DNA of 64,000 nt from Eledone cirrhosa (taxonomy: Eukaryota). Below the pieces are notes generated by a model. It did not search any database, was not told the origin of the DNA, and saw only the letters and a list, made by a program, of their open reading frames with translations. A program made the position numbers and the translations under genes. The stretch is from the NCBI GenBank assembly GCA_964016885.1, contig OZ024753.1:29388001-29452000 (forward strand). The letters run 5' to 3'. Position 1 is the stretch's first letter. Every line of letters starts with the position of its first letter. Positions 55,681 to 64,000 of the stretch are shown piece by piece.

Positions 55681-55757
<77 letters not shown>

Positions 55758-55819
55758 CAGTTACTGCCTCACACTGCCACTGTATATCCTCCCATATATT
55801 TAGTTCTGCTTTTTTATTG

Positions 55820-55885
<66 letters not shown>

Positions 55886-56013
55886 AATATTCTTGTTTTC
55901 TAGCCACTCCCCCCTCTTCTCTCTCTTACTGTCTCTTTCTCATTCACTCTGTTTCCAGTCTATATCATTCTTGCAACTATCCTCCTCCTTCCCCCCTCAC
56001 CCCATCTCTCTCT

Positions 56014-56069
<56 letters not shown>

Positions 56070-56283
56070 TTCTTTCTCTCTATCTCTGTTGTCAGTCTAT
56101 ATCACTGTTGCAACTCTCCCTCTCTCTCTCTCTCTCTCATTCTCTCACTTTCTCTATCTCTGTTGTCAGTCTATATCACTGTTGCAACTCTCCTCCTCTC
56201 CCTCTTGCGCTCTCTCTCTCTCTCCCTCTCTCTCTCTCTCCCTCTCTTCCTTTTATCTGTCGATCTCCAAATATTTCGATTGC

Positions 56284-56550
56284 TCAGTTTATAGTAGTTA
56301 TATTGGTGGAAGTGTGGGACTTAGCACACATGCTAGAGTCAGAACTCAATGTGATATACAGACGTTAAACAATCCGTCTGCTTCGCCGGATATCTACATA
56401 ACATTCTACTTGCTATTGAATAAAGATATAGAAGAATAGACGAAAAAAATAGAGAAAAAACGTGACAAATATATAACAGTACATCTTTCTTTTTGACAAT
56501 ACAACAAAACAGACAAAACAACTCCAACAGCTGCAAAATTCCAGGTGAGT
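56284..56550 (+). promoter_or_regulatory. candidate transcription start and first (non-coding) exon
   Basis: Inr-like TCAGTT at 56284-56289 right after ~2.5 kb of (CT)n/GAGA-type sequence, and a consensus donor CAG|GTGAGT at 56544/56545. Confidence 0.3.
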
Positions 56551-56685
56551 TACTCTTCTTAATTCTTGATTTCTCTTTCATTTCTCTTTCATTTCTCTTT
56601 CATTTCTCTTTCATAATCTCACTTTTATTTATATAAAAAATATTAAAAAAATCATTCGTATCATATATATATATATATATATATA

Positions 56686-56810
56686 TTAAAATAACAAATA
56701 ATCTGTTATTTTAATAAATATTTGCCCTACGGTTCTTATATATCTGATATATATTTATCCTTATCGAGCCCTCTTTGGATTTTAGTCTTCAAATTTATTA
56801 TTATTACTAT
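56686..56810 (+). mobile_element. PLE-type terminus (family D) with a small snap-back
   Basis: ttaaaataaca..tgttattttaa hairpin, then a tail that is the reverse complement of 60068-60220. Confidence 0.55.
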
Positions 56811-57143
56811 ATATATATATATATAAATCATCATCATTTTCGCTTGAATGAACTCTTTCTCACGCATATCACACATGCTTTATTATCACGCACGCTGTAT
56901 GGTAATCGCTCTATTTATTGAAATTCTTATAGAATCTCAATATGATACCGTTCTTAGAGAATGATTTCCCACAAATAGCAACAATTCTTGCACACTAGTT
57001 TCGGTAAACAGACACACAAACACAAACACAAAAGCACGTCAACTTCTACTGAACGCGCACATGCACGTGAAGAAAATGTAGAACTGTTTTATGCGCTTCA
57101 TTGAAAGGTAAATAGTTGGGCGTCACAAACTCTCTCTCTCTCT

Positions 57144-57274
<131 letters not shown>

Positions 57275-57301
57275 GGTGTGTGTGTGTGTGAATGTGTGTA
57301 T

Positions 57302-57337
<36 letters not shown>

Positions 57338-57377
57338 CTTATTATTATTACTATATATATATATATTATATATATAT

Positions 57378-57538
57378 AACGAAGGAAATGTGGTAAGGAA
57401 CCAAGTGGACCATAACGCACCAAAGTACTCAATACTTAGGGTAGTAGAGTGGGTAATAGGAACGAGTAGGACTCCGACGGCTGAGCTCAAGCCGTTTCGA
57501 CGGAATGGCTTGAGCTCAGCCGTCGGGGTCCTACTCAT

Positions 57539-57596
<58 letters not shown>

Positions 57597-57840
57597 CCGT
57601 TGTGGGTCCTGAATCTTTTCATATTACCCACTCTACTACCCCTAAGTATCGAGTACCCTGGTAGGTTATGGTCCACCTGGTATTTTACCACACCCTATCT
57701 GATACATTGATATATACATATATACATTTATATATACATATATACATACATTTATATATTTATATATATACATATATACATACATTTATATATTTATATA
57801 TATATATATATATATACATATATGTATATATATACATACA

Positions 57841-57908
<68 letters not shown>

Positions 57909-58079
57909 CATATATCAGAATAGAAGCGGTAAAAACCAGTTAGACCATTATTCATCAGAGCACTCGATATTTGGGGTAGTAGAGTGGGTAATGTGAAAAA
58001 TTCCGACGGCTGAGCTCAAGCTGTTCGGATCTAGCTGTTGTAACGGCAAGACCTCAGCCGTCGGGGTCCCGAATATTCC

Positions 58080-58080
<1 letters not shown>
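57378..58080. mobile_element. three family-A PLE termini in (TA)n
   Basis: Fold-back copies at 57378-57541 and 57915-58080, and a simple plus-strand copy at 57593-57710. Confidence 0.7.
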
Positions 58081-58113
<33 letters not shown>

Positions 58114-58512
58114 TTCATCGTGTTTTACAATTTAACACTTCACAAAAGCTACATACGATCCATGCATGCGTTCACACAGACATACAAACATAATTTTATG
58201 CGTGTTTACGTTTTGTTTTGTGTATGTTTGTATACGTAAATGTATGACTATACTGTCAGCATCAAATAAATGAGTAATATACGTCAGTCTTTCTATATAT
58301 ACATGTTTGTACGATGGTGTATGATGTTTAAACCACAAATACGCACATACAAATATATTCGTCTGTCAAACGTAGATGAATTAATTCCCAGGTTTAAACT
58401 AACAAATGACGTGCATTCTGAGCATGTGAACACATAAATATGCATACATACATATGATACAAATGTGTGTATACATAGATACATGCATATATATATATAC
58501 ATAGATACATGC

Positions 58513-58604
<92 letters not shown>

Positions 58605-58607
<3 letters not shown>

Positions 58608-59400
58608 GAAAAATTGAACAGGGGACAGAACAGAGAGGCAGTACGATAAATGTTTATTAAATTCACGCTCAGGAGAGTGGGGGGTAGGTGGGGGGACGAC
58701 GTTTCGGGCATAAGCCCTTCTTCAGGTGAGAGTTCAAAGGTGTGTAGGGAGTGGTGGAGAGACATATAGCGAAAGGAAACGGTGCGAATGAAAAATTAAC
58801 AAATAAAGACAAAAATATAATAAATAATAAATAAAAATAAAGCATGATCAAAATACAAGGAATGAGAAAATTTAAAAATAAAGGCATGATAAAAAAAAAC
58901 TGAAATTAAAAGGGGGGTAAACAGGGGGTGGAAGGGTTTGGGGTGAGTAGAGATGGTGGCGGGTGGAGTGGGGAGAGAGAGACGGGGTGTCCGAGCGGGG
59001 AGGGCTGAAGGTGGTGTGTGTGGTTAGGTGTGCGTGTGTGTGTGTGTGTATGTGAAAGTGAGGGTTGGGGGAAGAACGGGGTTGCATGTTCAGGAAGGTG
59101 TGTGTGGGGGGGGGGGGTCGGAGGGTCTGTGCGTGTGTGGATAGGGGGGTGGGGGGAGAGGAATCAGGGGGCTGAGGGTGTAAATATGTGGTGGGAAGCA
59201 CGTGTGTGTGGTTTAAGCGTGTTGTGGGTGTGGGTGGCGTGTGGATAAAAAAAAATTGTTTTGGTGTGTGTGTGTGGGTGGGTGAGTTATAAAGGTGATG
59301 GTGTAAGAGGATGGTTGAAAGTGGTAAGTTACACGGATGTATGGAGATTTTGGTTGGAAGTCAAAACGCGTGTGGGTAATCCAAGAAGCGGTGGTCGGAT
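58605..59400 (-). mobile_element. solo 3' UTR/pLTR of the Neptune-type PLE
   Basis: The reverse complement aligns with ~15510-16255; flanked by (TA)n. Confidence 0.85.
58696..58728 (-). ncRNA. minimal type I hammerhead ribozyme
   Basis: Reverse complement: cac CTGAAGA a gggc-ttat-gccc GAAAC GTC gt, with the loopless palindromic stem III typical of PLE HHRs. Confidence 0.75.
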
Positions 59401-59483
59401 ATATATATATATATATATATGCATACATATATATGTATGTATATATGTATATATATATATATATATATATTTATACACATTTC

Positions 59484-59588
<105 letters not shown>

Positions 59589-59689
59589 CATATATATGTA
59601 TGCATGTATGTGATGTGTATATATATATGCGTGTGTGTTTGTAATTATGTATGCATATATATATGTGTGTTTGAGAGAAAGAGAGAGAA

Positions 59690-59880
59690 TCCCGTGTCCA
59701 ATCGGGGATAACCACAGTTACTAAGGTACTCATGACATTAGTAGAGTGCAAACACAAAGAAGTTTAATATAGTAATATTTTCTACGGGACTAGAACTGTT
59801 TCATTCAAAAAAAATCATCTAGATCGATTGACATATAAATAAATATTTCAAACGTTTTTCTTAGACATGACATTTATATT
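59690..59880 (-). mobile_element. PLE terminus (family B)
   Basis: Reverse complement agatgatttttttgaatGAAACagttctaGTC..tatattaaactt..ctactaatgtcatgagtac, homologous to 16690-16765 and 17600-17725. Confidence 0.55.
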
Positions 59881-59889
59881 TTGTTATTG

Positions 59890-59967
<78 letters not shown>

Positions 59968-60030
59968 AATGTAGAAAAGTGACACACTAGTTGATATATA
60001 TATAAACAATGTTCAGAATAACATCAAAAC

Positions 60031-60067
<37 letters not shown>

Positions 60068-60072
<5 letters not shown>

Positions 60073-60330
60073 ATAATAATAAATTTGAAGACTAAAATCC
60101 AAAGAGGGCTCGATAAGGATAAATATATATCAAATATATAAGAACCGTATATATATAACATAATATATAAGAACCGTATATATATATCAAATATATAAGA
60201 ACCGTAGAGCAAATATTTATTTTTTGAAATATCCACTTCTGCGTTTACAGATTGACTTTGTTAGTTTCAGAAGATCCCGTTAAGGGTGAAAGCAGCGATT
60301 CTTTGCTTAAACTTTAATCTGTTATTTTAA

Positions 60331-60333
<3 letters not shown>
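60068..60333. mobile_element. inverted family-D PLE terminus with degenerate HHR
   Basis: Minus-strand tail, then plus-strand cAGAAGA t ccc-gttaa-ggg tGAAA..aatctgttattttaat. Confidence 0.5.
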
Positions 60334-60382
<49 letters not shown>

Positions 60383-60385
<3 letters not shown>

Positions 60386-60580
60386 CAAAGGAATTCTGGT
60401 AAGGAACCAGATGGACCATAACGCACCACAGTACTCAATACTTAGGGTAGTAGAGTGGGAAATAAGAAAAAGTATGACCCCGACGGCAGAGTTCAAGCCG
60501 TATCGACGGCTATTTCTGGACTCCAGAAATAGCCGTCGAAACGGCTTGAGCTCTGCTGTCGGGGTCATACTTTTTCCTAT
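60383..60580. mobile_element. fold-back PLE terminus (family A)
   Basis: Hairpin with apex gacggctatttctgga-c-tccagaaatagccgtc, followed by gaaacggcttgagctctgctgtcgggg. Confidence 0.75.
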
Positions 60581-61228
60581 ATATATACATATATATATAC
60601 ATATACATATGCATATACATATGCATATACACATACATATATACACATAATCGTACGCTGGTTTTGTCATTCATACTTAACAAATCTGGGTAATCGCCTC
60701 TGCGGGTTTTAGCCGAACACATCGGCTTTAGTACTGATATTGGTTAGGACCTTAATTTAAGGAACTATAATTTCTCAAATGGTTTAGTTTAATTTTTGAC
60801 ACAACACCGGTTCTTTTTAAGCAGCGGTGTTGTGTATGTAAAACATGAATATAAACACTCACACGTACACGTATGTATGCCTGCACACATTTACACATAT
60901 GCATACAGACAGACACACACATACATACATACATACATACATACATACATACATACATACATACATACATACATACATACATACATACGTACATACGTAC
61001 ATACATACGTACATACATACGTACATACATACATACATACATACATACATACATACATACATACATACAGACAGACATACAGACAGACACACATACATAC
61101 ATACATACATACATACATACATACATACATACATACAAACATACATACATACATACATACATACATACATACATACATACATACATACATACATACATAC
61201 ATACATACATGCATTTACACATATATAT

Positions 61229-61327
61229 AGGGTGTCCAAAAAAATGTATACACATTTTGATTACCTGTACAGGCAATATATATTAGAAGGCTGTTGAAAT
61301 GTGTATACATCTATTTAGGACACCCTG
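61229..61327. mobile_element. Tc1/mariner-type MITE
   Basis: agggtgtccaaaaaaatgtatacac...gtgtatacatctatttaggacaccctg|ta. The interior matches 1361-1459 in reverse. Confidence 0.65.
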
Positions 61328-61834
61328 TATATATATATATATATATATACAAACATATATTGCATATAATATATGTGTGTGCATGTGTGTGTGTATGTGT
61401 GCGTGTATGTGTATGTGTGTGTATGTGTATGTGTGTGTATGTGTGTGCATATACATATATGTATATGTGCCCCCAAGTATCAATTCCTAATTTATTTAAC
61501 CCACACCCACACATATGATAATAACTAACCACTGATCATTTGTCCTGTGTGATGGGAAGAAGAAGAAGAAGAAGAAGAAGAAGAAGAAGAAGAAGAAGAA
61601 GAAGAAGAAGAAGAAGAAGAAGAAGAAGAAGAAGAAGAAGAAGAAGAACGCTTTGTATCGATGTAATCAATAGGCTGATTATGTGTTCAAGCTTTCTTCA
61701 GTATATTAGCTAGCTACAAAGACCACCCAACATTCGGAACCTCACCAACAAATTTTCTTATTGAAGCTGTAATTTTCTACAGAACACTCCCGTCGAGGAC
61801 CAGGACATTATTGTTGTACTGTGAAAACGGTGCC

Positions 61835-62348
61835 TCAAAACGAGGAGAAATGAGGCAAAATGGGGAGGTTTCACATAATGAAAGCAATACCAATTTTCAT
61901 AAAAACGGAGAGGCGAGGAGAAATTAGCCAAAACGGGTAGATCTCCCCGTCGGACAGGGTGAGTTGAAAGGTCTGATATTGTATGGGTATATCTCCATCG
62001 TTATGTTTCACTTTGATTGAATTCCCTCTCCACCAACACTTGCTATCCCTCCGTCTTCCTCTTTCCCATTTATCCCATATATATATATCAAATCCAGTTA
62101 ACATATTTACGAGCAAGGGTTCTACTCAAAATGACTTAAAGTCTTTCATCCTTGTAGCGTAAAATTACAGACCAGCCAACCCCTAAAAAACCAAACGGGG
62201 AGTACCATGAAAACGGGAAGAAATGAGGCAAAATGGGGAGATTTTACATAATGAAAGCTAGACCAATTTTCACAAGAGAAGACATCTCTCACCCAGCCCA
62301 AAGTGGCTGAGAGATCTTCCTGTCGGACGGGGAGAGTTGACATGTCTG
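61835..62348. mobile_element. two diverged copies of a probable hAT terminus
   Basis: gaaatgaggcaaaatgggga..cgtcggac.ggg.gagttga...gtctg occurs twice. The reverse-complement end cagacatgtcaactctccc resembles hAT TIRs. Confidence 0.45.
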
Positions 62349-62612
62349 TCTCCTATGATATTTAAAATGAACACATTATATTAGGGGCTTTCTTGGAACA
62401 CATTATATTAGGGGGTTCTACTCGTGGGAAAATGACTGTATATTTGAAGATGGAACGCCTTTGATCTCAAACTATACACATCTATCCGTCTGTTTAATTG
62501 ACTGCTTGTTAGCATGCACCTACTTCTGCAGGCATATATTTATCTTTCATTTTTAGCGTTATCTACACGAAACGAATTTTTCTTTCATTTTTCTAGAAAA
62601 CACCTCTTTCTC

Positions 62613-62701
<89 letters not shown>

Positions 62702-62882
62702 CTTTCACTCTCCAATATCTGTAATACGTATCTAATCGATTCGATATGGCAAAAAACGGTTCGAATTCTTTCACAAATGTAAATGTGTTTTTTGTTTTTT
62801 GTATTTATACATGCATTCTGCATACATACATACATACATACATACATACATACATACATACATACATACATACATACATACA

Positions 62883-62913
<31 letters not shown>

Positions 62914-63659
62914 GTACACCCACACACACACACTTATATATATATATATATAAAAGTGCGTATCCGTATATGTTTGTAAGAATGTGTAAATTCCAACCTA
63001 CGCAGACTACCTTCATTCTATTTACAAGTAACACCAAAGCTAAATTTCCCGCTCAGGCAAGATGTCAAATCATCCCATTTTGTGCAAACACTCTGTTCTA
63101 TCTGTTTAAGACGGTAACGTTTGTGTGTCTTCTGCACTGAGCCAAACATAATAATGCATTTCAACTTGAAGTATGTACGAAGTAAACTGTTATTCCTTAA
63201 ATCGTGTAATGCTTCTTGCTTCACTAAATGGAGGCAGAAAAATTGACTACTGGCCATTTTGTTCATTCTAATCTTATCTTTCTGAGTAAGCTTAGCATGA
63301 TTTGTACAGTTAATAAAAGTTTTAATCCTTTAGCATTTAAACCGACCGTATCCTGCAAGAGTTCGCTCACCCCTGTCTGTTCAATCTGGCCATAACCGGC
63401 CACCCATACTGATGTTAAGGTAATGTTCTCAAAATAAATAACATCAAAATCTCGTAGATTCGATATTATGTGAGATAAATTACGTAAGATAAAGCCTTTA
63501 CCATAAAAATACAATAGTATATATAGAGAGTAATGTAAATGCTAAAGGATTTTCATTTTAACATTTACAAATATAGGCTCAGACTAACAAACGTATCCAG
63601 TTCTCCTCGCAGATTTTATCAAATATTTGTATTTAGTATGGAGTTAAAGAGAAGAGTCA

Positions 63660-63890
63660 TTATGTATGTATGGTATGATCCCGTAACTTTTGGGGGCATT
63701 CTAAAACCTGGCGGAGCCCACTCCTCTCCAGGTCTGAATACAGCAGATTCCCTTCAGAGAAGAATAGAGAGTGAGAGAATGGAAGTGAGAATGAGATATA
63801 GAGGAAGAACTGAACCCAGTACTAGACTGGTATTTCTTTATCGGCCTCGAAAGGCTGAAAGACAAAGTTGACCTCACACGGGATTTAGAC
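63660..63890 (-). mobile_element. long-variant Nin SINE fragment
   Basis: tcccgtaact..ctctccaggtctgaatacagcagatt..agtactagactggta..atcggcctcgaaagg. Confidence 0.7.
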
Positions 63891-63902
63891 TGAAGGAGAC
63901 AA

Positions 63903-64000
<98 letters not shown>

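Overview
AT-rich, repeat-saturated animal (eukaryotic) genomic DNA. It is most likely an octopod cephalopod, inferred from its Nin-domain and CORE-type tRNA-headed SINEs and very abundant (TA)n/(CA)n/(CT)n microsatellites. No intact host protein-coding exon is recognisable. Main contents: (1) a ~13.4 kb 12-bp satellite (CTATCCAACATT) that has expanded inside the head of a single SINE and spans a 200-N gap; (2) a 5'-truncated, frameshifted Tx1/L1-clade LINE; (3) a Neptune-type Penelope-like element (PLE; RT + GIY-YIG) and a second PLE GIY-YIG fragment bracketed by inverted pLTRs; (4) many short PLE-type termini in (TA)n tracts that carry hammerhead-ribozyme (HHR) motifs and fold back into palindromes at or near the ribozyme; (5) an inverted pair of internally deleted RTE derivatives; (6) RTE, CRE, Helitron, hAT and Tc1/mariner-MITE remnants and three minisatellites; (7) a candidate promoter and first non-coding exon near 56.3-56.5 kb. 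Everything was read by eye: coordinates are approximate and family names rest on recalled motifs, not database searches.
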